From a virus (lineage: Duplodnaviria; Heunggongvirae; Uroviricota; Caudoviricetes): a stretch of 64,000 nt of DNA. This document shows, in pieces, positions 18,979 to 27,541 of this stretch. Location of the stretch: the IMG/VR virus record IMGVR_UViG_3300017650_000009; one strand, given 5' to 3'. The translations under genes were made by a program, and so were the position numbers. Position 1 is the first letter of the stretch; each line of letters begins with the position of its first letter. Below the pieces are notes generated by a model. It ran no database searches. It was not told the DNA's origin and saw nothing but the letters and a program-made list of their open reading frames with translations.

Positions 18979-19260
18979 CTATTCTGAGTAAGTTTCTTCC
19001 TCAAGTAGGTTCGTAATCCCACGACGGACACGATTGCCACCAACTACAATACCATAATGAATTGCCTGGCGTGTAATCTGAACCATGAAACGATCCGGAT
19101 GAGTTGCACTCAGATCAACACAGAAAGTTGGTTCATCCATCGTGTTATGGGTTAGGCCCAGGGGCCATACACGAGTTCCATCCCAGTGGAATCCATTTGC
19201 ATCAGCGAACTCTTCAATTCGCTTGATATGCTCAACAAGCTTGTCTATCTTCATGTTCAC
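18979..19260 (-). CDS. hypothetical protein
   Basis: ORF track. Confidence 0.4.
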   Translation of the reverse strand: MNMKIDKLVEHIKRIEEFADANGFHWDGTRVWPLGLTHNTMDEPTFCVDLSATHPDRFMVQITRQAIHYGIVVGGNRVRRGITNLLEEETYSE

Positions 19261-19263
19261 TCC

Positions 19264-19515
19264 TTAATCAAAGACAACAGCTTTGAATGGTTCACGGAAC
19301 TGATCTTTATGGGTCTTCCAAGTCGGATCATTAACCCGCCCATAATATGATGGATCATTTTTCGACTGCATAAGTTCCTCATATCGCAGCCAATATCCTG
19401 CGGTGTTCAAGTTAACGGGTTCATAATCACCCGCCGATCCACGACGATGAACTGGAAGATTGGGATCCACAGTCCGTAGAATTTCGATCAAATCCTTAAC
19501 ACGCATATTGGCCAT
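19264..19515 (-). CDS. hypothetical protein
   Basis: ORF track. Confidence 0.4.
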   Translation of the reverse strand: MANMRVKDLIEILRTVDPNLPVHRRGSAGDYEPVNLNTAGYWLRYEELMQSKNDPSYYGRVNDPTWKTHKDQFREPFKAVVFD

Positions 19516-19975
19516 AACTTCCTCCTATGGTTTCGGCCTTTAATTTGAGTTGGGCTTCTGCAACATGTTTACAACGGCGACCACGCTCGCCTGCCACACA
19601 ATTGCATGTCCAATTGAATTTGGATTTCACCACCAAATAAGTGTTACCTTTGGAGCCCGTGATTTCAAATGTGCGATCATCGGCTTTTTCCTCACGCATT
19701 GTTGCGCGGAATGCACCTTCAGTTTGCGCATGAACATCCACTGCCTTGAGAGTTTCCATCGAAACAACTCGAGACAGTTCGATCGTCTTGATTCGCATTT
19801 TCGAATCAGTTGTAAGCAAAGCAAATGAATCCTCGCGTTCCCAATCCTGCGATTCCATTACTTTGCCCACATAGGTGTGGGTGTCGGTTGGCCTTGTGCG
19901 CGCAAACGTGCGGCGATAATCGGCAAAGCTTGTGGTTACACGAACCCATGATCCCACACGAGGCTTTTTCATCAC
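19496..19975 (-). CDS. SWIM zinc-finger protein
   Basis: CNCVAGERGRRCKHV (CxC-x9-CxH). Confidence 0.5.
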   Translation of the reverse strand: MMKKPRVGSWVRVTTSFADYRRTFARTRPTDTHTYVGKVMESQDWEREDSFALLTTDSKMRIKTIELSRVVSMETLKAVDVHAQTEGAFRATMREEKADDRTFEITGSKGNTYLVVKSKFNWTCNCVAGERGRRCKHVAEAQLKLKAETIGGSYGQYAC

Positions 19976-20229
19976 TTTGCTCCCTTGTTTGCGGCTTTCA
20001 ACCGAAGTTGGATCATGCGCTCAGTAGCACGGTTCCATTCGTCGCGATGTGCTTCATCACGGAACAAATATTTGGAACTTTGAGATGCTTTTTCTGCCTG
20101 ATGTTGCTTTAATAATTCCTGGTGCATCTGTTCATGCTTGAGGAAAAATTCCTTTTCTTCCGCGGTCATGTTGTTGAGCAGTCCAGCAATATGCATTTTC
20201 GATCTCCTTGCGCAAGCTTGATCTTGCAT
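19972..20229 (-). CDS. hypothetical protein
   Basis: ORF track. Confidence 0.4.
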   Translation of the reverse strand: MQDQACARRSKMHIAGLLNNMTAEEKEFFLKHEQMHQELLKQHQAEKASQSSKYLFRDEAHRDEWNRATERMIQLRLKAANKGAK

Positions 20230-20273
20230 TCATAGTCCAAATATAGCACCGTTTGGAATCCAGTCAAGCAGAA

Positions 20274-20305
20274 ATAGGAAGAAAAGTTGCCTTTTCTTCC
20301 TATTT
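20274..20305. terminator. bidirectional intrinsic terminator
   Basis: aggaagaaaag-ttgcc-ttttcttcct + ttttatt. Confidence 0.55.
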
Positions 20306-20308
20306 TAT

Positions 20309-20725
20309 TCAAACACCGAAAAACTTACGAACCTCTCTCCAGCTATCAAAAACATGTTCCACACGTCCTTTGGTGAAATCAGTAATCATAGCTTTGCCCG
20401 AATGAAAGTTCTTGAATCCAGAGGATGGACAAATCCAATATTGAACATCGCCCGTTTTAAGATCACAAATGCTGAACGAGTCATACAGATGACCATCAAC
20501 GGGGCAGTTATTTTTGAAGAACACATAACTTTGTTCCGAATCAATAAGCTTTGACTCCGATAGCTGAACCACCTTACGGCCTAAGAATCGTGTCTTGTTG
20601 CGCAGCGAGGTATCACGGCAGAACCAGTCGTACCATCCTGCATCACATTGGACACTCCGGCTTGGATCTTCGAACTCCCCTGCTTCGAATCGCTTAACGA
20701 ATTCGTTGATAGAAATGTTACCCAT
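20309..20725 (-). CDS. hypothetical protein (C-terminus RKFFGV, possibly a distant FKLxFG-family member)
   Basis: ORF track; C-terminal motif. Confidence 0.4.
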   Translation of the reverse strand: MGNISINEFVKRFEAGEFEDPSRSVQCDAGWYDWFCRDTSLRNKTRFLGRKVVQLSESKLIDSEQSYVFFKNNCPVDGHLYDSFSICDLKTGDVQYWICPSSGFKNFHSGKAMITDFTKGRVEHVFDSWREVRKFFGV

Positions 20726-20737
20726 GTTCGATCCTCC

Positions 20738-21171
20738 TTAGATTAGATCACCGAGTTCAGCGTAAGCCTTTGCCTTGTAATGGCTTGCGAGATTCGCGGT
20801 CTGCATGGTGGAGAAGCTCGAGCAGCTAACTTCACGCGCAATGGCTTTCGCATTGGCTTCTTCGAAATTCTCAATGAAGTTGATCAACTTGACGTTAGCC
20901 TCAAGGCTGCTCGATTCAGGGCCAGTGTTTGCGATGAACGAATTCAACACATTCAAGTAATACCGAGCAACATCGTATTTTGCTGCCTGCTCGAAAGTCT
21001 TTTCAGACCAATAGAACACGTCAAGTTTGTTTGGAGATTCTTCGAGTTTCTTGGAGAAACCTGCAAGTTCTGCCTCGGCACGTTCCTTCATGCTTGTGAG
21101 CCGACGGAGGAAGAAATTAAGCTTCTTTGTGGTTTCTTCCGACATACCTGCAATTGCTACGTTTTCCATTT
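20738..21171 (-). CDS. hypothetical protein (start MENVAIAG with SD aggaga)
   Basis: ORF track with start adjusted. Confidence 0.4.
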
Positions 21172-21231
21172 TCGATCTCCTGTTGTGTGTTGTTACAATT
21201 AAATTAGCACAAACAGGAATCCAGTCAACCG

Positions 21232-21654
21232 TTATTTTTCCCATTCAGGAAGAGGAAAAATCAAATCATATGCCCAATTGAAAACCAACGCATATACTAG
21301 GAAAAACATAGAAAAGGAAATATCCATTAGAAATGCTTCAACTAATGTGATTCCCAAATACAAACAAAACATAGGAAGCAAGAAACCCAAAAGGGAAATC
21401 TCATAAGAGATAGCATGTGCTAGACGAAGCTTGGGACTTTTGAGTGTTGTGTTGTATTTCCATTGCATAAGATGGTCGAATCCCCAGTTATACAGGTAAT
21501 TCCAAGTCGTAGCAATGGTTGCACCCATTAATCCGAGTATCCCCATATCAAAGATGGATTGATTAAATGCCCATGCACCAATCGGTGTAACAATGGATAA
21601 CGCAATTATTTCAAAAAGAAATGTATGACGCAGACGATCTGCAACCGAACGCAT
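21232..21654 (-). CDS. polytopic membrane protein
   Basis: Four hydrophobic helices. Confidence 0.4.
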   Translation of the reverse strand: MRSVADRLRHTFLFEIIALSIVTPIGAWAFNQSIFDMGILGLMGATIATTWNYLYNWGFDHLMQWKYNTTLKSPKLRLAHAISYEISLLGFLLPMFCLYLGITLVEAFLMDISFSMFFLVYALVFNWAYDLIFPLPEWEK

Positions 21655-21687
21655 TAGAACCTCACGTGGAAATGGGTTAGGATAATC

Positions 21688-22068
21688 CTAACCCATTGAT
21701 AATTTAATAATCATTACGATTTGTTCGTCATTGAGTACCGAAGTATCCAAATGTTCAAACTCCGTAACAATTCGTTCAAACTTTGCGAAATCAATTCCAT
21801 AGGGAGTTGCCCTATTGCTGATATAATGACGCATTGCAGCCAGTGATATTTCTTCAGGATCCCACTGATCTTCCAAGCCGTAGCATGAACAATGTGAGCC
21901 CCGAAACAAATAGAACCGACCATCCCGAATGAAAATCCCACCAGCAGTGCCTTCATAGGATTCACATTCATATTGCGCATAAAGGAAATGAACTCCCTTT
22001 TGTTCCTCGAGAGGAACGTTGAAGTTTTCAAATACTTCATTTGCATTTGTGAATAAGCCGTAGAACAT
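21688..22068 (-). CDS. hypothetical protein (C-terminus IIKLSMG, FKLxFG-like)
   Basis: ORF track. Confidence 0.4.
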   Translation of the reverse strand: MFYGLFTNANEVFENFNVPLEEQKGVHFLYAQYECESYEGTAGGIFIRDGRFYLFRGSHCSCYGLEDQWDPEEISLAAMRHYISNRATPYGIDFAKFERIVTEFEHLDTSVLNDEQIVMIIKLSMG

Positions 22069-22240
22069 ATTTTTCCTTTTTTATTCAACAGTTTCCACTA
22101 GCTTTGGCCCCACCCGACCGAAGGTGTCGTTGTATCCATTGCACGTTATCCGATACGAAACATCAGTTTGTAATCTAACAAAAACAGGAATATTGTCAAC
22201 CATTGATTTCAAATAAATACTCAGAACATAGGAGTTACCC

Positions 22241-23146
22241 ATGGCTGTTACCCAGATCTCGAGAATCCAAATTCGTAGAGGACCCAAAGATAATCTTCCT
22301 GAGCAATTAGCCGAGGGAGAATTTGGTCTGACTACTGATACGGGCGAATTGTTTGTTGGCGCACCAAATCTTCCATCTTTGGATTATCGTGCCGGTACTG
22401 TATTTCCGTACAAAAATATTAAAATTCTAACTGAGTTTGATGTAGTCCATACGATGCACGATCATATCGTAACTACGGGTCCACTATTGCGAGTGACACA
22501 TCCAGCGCGTGGTCCGAATACAGTTAACACATATACGTTCAAATATACTGGTCCGGTTTTGCCATTGGATAGTTTCGGAAATGCAGTTCAACGAATTGTT
22601 TCTTTAACTGCTAGTGATCCAAATACAGGTGATTTGCGTGGTCGCGTTATCAGCAAGATTACATTCATTCGTGCTTCTGATAACGCACATGTTGTGGTAT
22701 CGAATGACTCGGTAACCATTCGTCATACTCCTGGTGCTTTGACTCCAAATTCAAATGCAATTTTTGGTCTTGATGATGCAAACGTAAAAACTATCACAAA
22801 CGCAGATTCCGTTGAAGTTGAGTTTCTTAATCTTAGTACGATGGTTGAGTTCAACTACACGGATAGTGATTCATTCGTCATGGACTACTCCATGCTATCA
22901 GACGAAGAAGTTAATGGTGTTCGCATTAAGCGTGTTGGTACACTCAAGATCGTAGCTGATGAATATAGCGTTGGAATTCTCGATGAAGGCGTGGATATTA
23001 ATCAGGATCCTGGTACCAACTATATGCGTTTGGTTTTCTCCGGTCACATTAAGAACGGCATCATCACAATCAGTTGTACCAATCTATCTCATTACCCAGT
23101 AAGTGTCACATTCTGTGGTGCACGTTGGAAACACCTTGAGGAATAA
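22241..23146 (+). CDS. tail fiber / baseplate-associated structural protein
   Basis: Immediately upstream of, and coupled to, the tail-collar fiber gene; beta-rich. Confidence 0.45.
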   Translation: MAVTQISRIQIRRGPKDNLPEQLAEGEFGLTTDTGELFVGAPNLPSLDYRAGTVFPYKNIKILTEFDVVHTMHDHIVTTGPLLRVTHPARGPNTVNTYTFKYTGPVLPLDSFGNAVQRIVSLTASDPNTGDLRGRVISKITFIRASDNAHVVVSNDSVTIRHTPGALTPNSNAIFGLDDANVKTITNADSVEVEFLNLSTMVEFNYTDSDSFVMDYSMLSDEEVNGVRIKRVGTLKIVADEYSVGILDEGVDINQDPGTNYMRLVFSGHIKNGIITISCTNLSHYPVSVTFCGARWKHLEE

Positions 23147-23149
23147 AAC

Positions 23150-24424
23150 ATGAGCAAATCAACAGATCTATCAAGTCTGAATAAACAAGTTTCTCAAATT
23201 CACGGTAATGGAGCGGTTGGCATTCCAGCTGGTACCACAAGCCAAAGACCTACTGATACCAACGATGGCTTAATGCGTTGGAACAAAACTACAAAGCTGA
23301 TCGAATATTTTGGTAATGCTCGTTGGAATTCCATATTGGGTGAAACCGAACTAAAAGATGCATTTGTGGAACAAAATAATCCAATCATCCTTGAGGACTT
23401 GAATGCATCGGGTAAAAAACTTACCAATGTCGGTAATCCAACGGATCAGCAAGATGCCGTAACAATCAATTATTTGGAACAAAGATTTGCTGCAGGGACT
23501 GGTATTAATGCGGAAAAGCTTGGTGGCTTCCCTGCATCTTGGTATGCAAGCCAATTCGACCTCGACGACATTAAAGTCATAGTAGATGGTGTTAAGGAAG
23601 ATCTTGATGATCACTTACAAGATCATGATAATCCACACCAAGTCACTAAGGATCAAGTTGGTCTAGATCAAGCCGATAACACATCGGACGTAGACAAACC
23701 ATTGTCCAAAGATATGCTTGCTGCGCTTTATGGTGTACCAAATACAGGCGTTGAACCACTAGCTACGGCAAAGGGTAAAGTTAACCGTTCTGGTGATAAT
23801 ATGGACGGCAATCTCAACATGAATGATAATCATATCCTTGCTGTTGGTAACTTCATTGGTTCCGTGTGGTGGTTTGCATTACCAAATGCACCAGCTGGCT
23901 TCCTAAAAGCGAATGGCGCGGCTGTTAGTCGTACGACATATGCTCGTTTGTTCGCACGTATTGGAACAACCTTTGGCGCAGGAGATGGTTCCACAACATT
24001 CAATCTTCCCGACTTGCGCGGTATGTTCGTTCGAGGTCTAGATGAAGGTCGTGGTATTGACGCACAAGGAGGTCGTGCATTGGGTTCGGTTCAAGCACAT
24101 ACCCTTGCGAGTCACAATCATACGGGTATTGCTGCGGCCAATGGTGGTCATACACATAACGGCACAACATCGAATAGTGGGGCACACTCACACCAAGTAC
24201 CACTAAACGGTTATTCAGATTCTGACCACGCAAACAATCCAACTTTGGGTGCTAATAAAACAACTCGTAATTACATGGCAAGTACAGATGTTTCAGGTGC
24301 ACACCAGCACGCTTTCACTACTGATCTTGCTGGAGCACATACACATGACATAACTCTGAATCCATCTGGTGGGGCTGAAACACGTCCTATAAATATGGCA
24401 TTAGTGCCATGCATTATGTACTAA
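23150..24424 (+). CDS. tail fiber protein with phage tail-collar domain and His-rich HxH distal region
   Basis: FNLPDLRGMFVRG tail-collar signature; HNHTG...HTHNG...HSHQ...HQHAF...HTHD repeats as in T4 gp12/gp37. Confidence 0.75.
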   Translation: MSKSTDLSSLNKQVSQIHGNGAVGIPAGTTSQRPTDTNDGLMRWNKTTKLIEYFGNARWNSILGETELKDAFVEQNNPIILEDLNASGKKLTNVGNPTDQQDAVTINYLEQRFAAGTGINAEKLGGFPASWYASQFDLDDIKVIVDGVKEDLDDHLQDHDNPHQVTKDQVGLDQADNTSDVDKPLSKDMLAALYGVPNTGVEPLATAKGKVNRSGDNMDGNLNMNDNHILAVGNFIGSVWWFALPNAPAGFLKANGAAVSRTTYARLFARIGTTFGAGDGSTTFNLPDLRGMFVRGLDEGRGIDAQGGRALGSVQAHTLASHNHTGIAAANGGHTHNGTTSNSGAHSHQVPLNGYSDSDHANNPTLGANKTTRNYMASTDVSGAHQHAFTTDLAGAHTHDITLNPSGGAETRPINMALVPCIMY

Positions 24425-24457
24425 TGAACACAGGTTAAAACAGAGAATGGTATTACA

Positions 24458-24904
24458 ATGAACCCATTTATGCTTCCCGAGAAAGAACGTATGCTTTCAT
24501 GGAGAGAACTTCGTAACCAAATCCAGGCAGCAAACGATTTAGACACAAAGCTTAACTTACTCCTACAGTGGTGGTCTAAAGCCCCAATATGCCGTTATAG
24601 TATTGATGCTTTTGATTCTAGTGAATGGCCAACACCTTGGGAACTACTTAACGAGAATATGTTTTGTACCAGTGCTATCTCCTATATGATGGCGCAAACA
24701 CTTGCGCTAACCGGATTTGAACCTAGTCGCTTAAAATTGTCATTTATTAAGGGACAAGATGATGAACGTCTAGTACTCGTAGTAGATGAGGAGATCACAC
24801 TAAACTATTCATTCGGAGAGGTTTTTGCGTGGTCTGAAATCCTTAAGGAAGTCAGAGTGAAACATACATTCATGCTAATGGGTGAAAAATACCAAATAAT
24901 TTAA
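24458..24904 (+). CDS. hypothetical protein (possible fiber assembly factor)
   Basis: Position only. Confidence 0.3.
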   Translation: MNPFMLPEKERMLSWRELRNQIQAANDLDTKLNLLLQWWSKAPICRYSIDAFDSSEWPTPWELLNENMFCTSAISYMMAQTLALTGFEPSRLKLSFIKGQDDERLVLVVDEEITLNYSFGEVFAWSEILKEVRVKHTFMLMGEKYQII

Positions 24905-24907
24905 TAG

Positions 24908-24932
24908 AAGCCGCTCGAAAGGGCGGCTTTTT
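24908..24932. terminator. bidirectional intrinsic terminator
   Basis: aagccgctc-gaaa-gggcggctt + ttt. Confidence 0.6.
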
Positions 24933-25152
24933 AACCAAAGACAAGTTTGAAATGTAAAGCAACTTGGGGATCTTTAAACCAGAAATTTTTCCCCACCAAC
25001 GTCCAATTCGGCTCCAATATATCCAACTCGGATATACACCAACGCATTGCCTCTTCTTTCTTTTTCGATCTGACACTCACACAGGGCCATTCATCAAGTA
25101 TTTCATCAACTAATTCCCCAGGTGCTTTATCCAACTGAACGCGAGCCATCAA
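24931..25152 (-). CDS. FKLxFG-family small protein (tandem array member 1)
   Basis: C-terminus VALHFKLVFG. Confidence 0.5.
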   Translation of the reverse strand: MMARVQLDKAPGELVDEILDEWPCVSVRSKKKEEAMRWCISELDILEPNWTLVGKNFWFKDPQVALHFKLVFG

Positions 25153-25367
25153 CCAAACCTCAGTTTGAATTCAAAGGCAATCCTAGCATCTTCGATGAAG
25201 ACAACATCATCAAGTTTGACCCAGCGGAAGTCATTGGCCTTACACTCAGCTATTGCCCAATTCAAACCATCAACAGACTTACGAACAGTCGGGATATGAA
25301 TCTTATGCCATCGAACATATTCTTGTGTTTCTTCATAAGTCATCAAATACGATAATAACCTTGGCAT
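25149..25367 (-). CDS. FKLxFG-family small protein (array member 2)
   Basis: C-terminus IAFEFKLRFG. Confidence 0.5.
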   Translation of the reverse strand: MPRLLSYLMTYEETQEYVRWHKIHIPTVRKSVDGLNWAIAECKANDFRWVKLDDVVFIEDARIAFEFKLRFG

Positions 25368-25600
25368 TAAGCAAACCTCAATTTGAATTCAACAGCAATA
25401 ATGGGATCTTCAATCCAATATGTTCCAAAGAATACTGCCCAATTATAATGTTCGCCACGTTCGTTAAACCAATCAAGAGCTTCACGTGGGTCATGAACTA
25501 GTAGATCAGTCGAAACTATATACCAACTGCTAATGACTTCCATCGGCCGTTCATCAGAACCAATAGTGTTAGTTCTATATGATAATTGAACTTGGGGCAT
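25367..25600 (-). CDS. FKLxFG-family small protein (array member 3)
   Basis: C-terminus IAVEFKLRFA. Confidence 0.5.
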   Translation of the reverse strand: MPQVQLSYRTNTIGSDERPMEVISSWYIVSTDLLVHDPREALDWFNERGEHYNWAVFFGTYWIEDPIIAVEFKLRFA

Positions 25601-25603
25601 ATC

Positions 25604-25816
25604 TCATCCAAATAACATTTTGAACATTATTGCGGCCTGCATCTCTTCAAAGAAAAACTCAACTACATGTGAGTGTCTGACATGATAACGACAATCGAAT
25701 TGCTTTAAAAATGCTGAATATTCCTTCACAGTTATTTCATGCGAATTCAAAACAACGGATGGCCAAATCAACTCATACTCTTTGTCGTAGAATTCCGTTA
25801 TATCCACGCGAATCAT
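25604..25816 (-). CDS. FKLxFG-family small protein (array member 4)
   Basis: C-terminus AAIMFKMLFG. Confidence 0.5.
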   Translation of the reverse strand: MIRVDITEFYDKEYELIWPSVVLNSHEITVKEYSAFLKQFDCRYHVRHSHVVEFFFEEMQAAIMFKMLFG

Positions 25817-26034
25817 GTGAACATCATTTTGAATTGAACTGCGATATCCTTTCGCTCAAAGTAATATGCAGGTTGTGAACCACGGGAAATGAAAAACTTA
25901 CCTATATCACGATTGAAAAAATCGTAGTAGGATTGATCAATTGGCATTCCACTTTGAACATCAATTTTGTGCCAAGACGTTCCGTAGTTGGCCGCTTTAA
26001 AATCATCCCAAAGAACTTGATCCGATTTCATCAT
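25813..26034 (-). CDS. FKLxFG-family small protein (array member 5)
   Basis: C-terminus IAVQFKMMFT. Confidence 0.5.
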   Translation of the reverse strand: MMKSDQVLWDDFKAANYGTSWHKIDVQSGMPIDQSYYDFFNRDIGKFFISRGSQPAYYFERKDIAVQFKMMFT

Positions 26035-26417
26035 TAACCCCCAAATGATAACCTATACGTGAGTGCATCACGTTTGCGCTCGAATGCCAAGAAGGTTCCA
26101 TAGATAGTGAACATGAATCGTCCCTCACATGATTGAAAGAACTCATATAGCTCTGCTATTTTTTGACTTGAGCTATCAGCCACATACGGAACACGAAACA
26201 CAGTCCAACGCAAATACAATTTCTTGTCAGCATATTCGGTTCTCGGTACATGAGTCGGCAAAGCCTCGATTGCACGAACAATTCGATCCCATTCATCGAC
26301 CGTCATCGTGTAATCCGAAACTTCCGGTTGCATGAAAGCCAATCCATTAATGTGCGAATACGCATTTGTCAAAAACATGGTCATGCCACACGTTAACAGG
26401 TTTTGGTACAAAGTCAA
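26034..26417 (-). CDS. FKLxFG-family protein (array member 6; TTG start or internal ATG)
   Basis: C-terminus ALTYRLSFGG. Confidence 0.4.
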   Translation of the reverse strand: MTLYQNLLTCGMTMFLTNAYSHINGLAFMQPEVSDYTMTVDEWDRIVRAIEALPTHVPRTEYADKKLYLRWTVFRVPYVADSSSQKIAELYEFFQSCEGRFMFTIYGTFLAFERKRDALTYRLSFGG

Positions 26418-26420
26418 ACA

Positions 26421-26448
26421 AAAACCCGACCTAAGCCGGGTTTAAGGG
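26421..26448 (-). terminator. intrinsic terminator of the tmRNA transcript
   Basis: Minus strand: aaacccggcttaggtcgggttttt. Confidence 0.6.
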
Positions 26449-26850
26449 ACGTTCTGTTTCCAAGTGTATCGCCCAAAACTCATCTGAGATTAAGCAGCGA
26501 GTGCCATCTCAGCAGAAACATTATCGTTTGCTGCATTTATAAAATCGAACATATATTAGTGTTTTGATTTCTAGCCTATCTCACCGAGGTAATCAAGGCG
26601 TCTGATTGGCTTTCCAGTTACCCAGTCCACACTCAAAACATTAATCGGTCGTATCTTACCGGTAACCTACTCGTACCTTTCGCTGCATAGTCGAAGCCTA
26701 TATCGCCCCCATCATAAACACAAAGCACTCTCCAAAAGCCGATCACTCGTCAATCTTCACAGATTGTCACCTTGTGTTTATGGTGGAGGCGCGGGGAACT
26801 GCCCCCCGGTCCTACACAACTATTGAGTTTGTATCAACAGTTACATGGGT
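26421..26850 (-). ncRNA. ssrA: circularly permuted (two-piece) tmRNA gene. In transcript order: acceptor piece (about 26843-26781, ending with T-arm + CGCCUCC-ACCA); intervening segment (26780-26711); coding piece (26710 to about 26449) with 5' GGGGGCG and tag ORF 26534-26490
   Basis: 5' GGGGGCGAUAUAGGCUUCGACUAUGCAGCGAAAGG (compare E. coli GGGGCUGAUUCUGGAUUCGACGGGAUUUGCGAAACC); acceptor stem GGGGGCG/CGCCUCC with G3.U70; T-arm CGGGG-GGCAGUU-CCCCG then ACCA; ...UAUAAAU GCA GCA AAC GAU AAU GUU UCU GCU GAG AUG GCA CUC GCU GCU UAA, peptide AANDNVSAEMALAA. Confidence 0.75.
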
Positions 26851-26880
26851 ATTTAAGCAGGATCGTCTGTTTTTGTCAAC
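26850..26880 (-). promoter_or_regulatory. sigma70-like promoter for tmRNA (TTGACA-17-TTAAAT)
   Basis: Minus strand: gTTGACAaaaacagacgatcctgcTTAAATAcc. Confidence 0.4.
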
Positions 26881-27042
26881 CACTTATCTCGAATATACTG
26901 GACAAATGTGCAGGAGGCTGAACCCCCATATAGGCAAACGATTGCGACTTGTAAATCCCACCAAAGGATCGCAGACATTCCGACGCCGAAACACACATAC
27001 CCGGCTACCTCTAGACAACGGAGAGCTTTTTCAAAAATTACT

Positions 27043-27492
27043 TTAATCACAACTGGAACTACCTGAATCACTCGAGCTATCAGATGAACTATAACTGGAA
27101 CCGGAATCGTATTGGTTATACGAGCCATAGTTTCCAAACGAATCACCAAAAGATTCGCCGTACGGCTGTGGTGTTTCTTGTACCGTGTTGACGCTGTTAA
27201 GCAAATCCACAGCAAGCCAGTTAGATTGTGTAGCCGAATAGTTTGTATCGTAAGTTGCAGTCATTGAGCGTCTACGGGCTTCTCTGATAGCAGTCCGCTT
27301 TCGATTTCCTCGTTCGGTTTCTTCGTCTTGGAGTCTTGCTTGTCGTTGCAATATAAAAGCACAAAGCACAAATAAAGCACCACCAAACATCAAACTGATA
27401 TTAAAGGTTTGAGCTCCGACTTCGGTAAAATTAGCCACACCATATGCTGACGTGAATACACCAACAAATAACATTAAAAGTCTGAATATCAT
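27043..27492 (-). CDS. membrane protein with Ser/Asp-rich low-complexity C-terminus
   Basis: Two TM helices; YGSYNQYDSGSSYSSSDSSSDSGSSS. Confidence 0.4.
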   Translation of the reverse strand: MIFRLLMLFVGVFTSAYGVANFTEVGAQTFNISLMFGGALFVLCAFILQRQARLQDEETERGNRKRTAIREARRRSMTATYDTNYSATQSNWLAVDLLNSVNTVQETPQPYGESFGDSFGNYGSYNQYDSGSSYSSSDSSSDSGSSSCD

Positions 27493-27541
27493 AGATATGC
27501 CTCCATTGTTTTCTTAGCCATAAACAAATGGAGGCATATTG

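Noticed and set aside
26536-26545. TATAAAT(G) late-promoter-like motif on the minus strand
   Set aside because: It lies inside the tmRNA, immediately 5' of the resume codon (analogous to the A-rich stretch before the E. coli resume codon); not a promoter.
26774-27215. Track ORFs 26774-27046 (+) and 26853-27215 (-) in the gap
   Set aside because: They overlap the tmRNA acceptor piece and promoter, have no SD, and have odd composition; the region is explained by ssrA.
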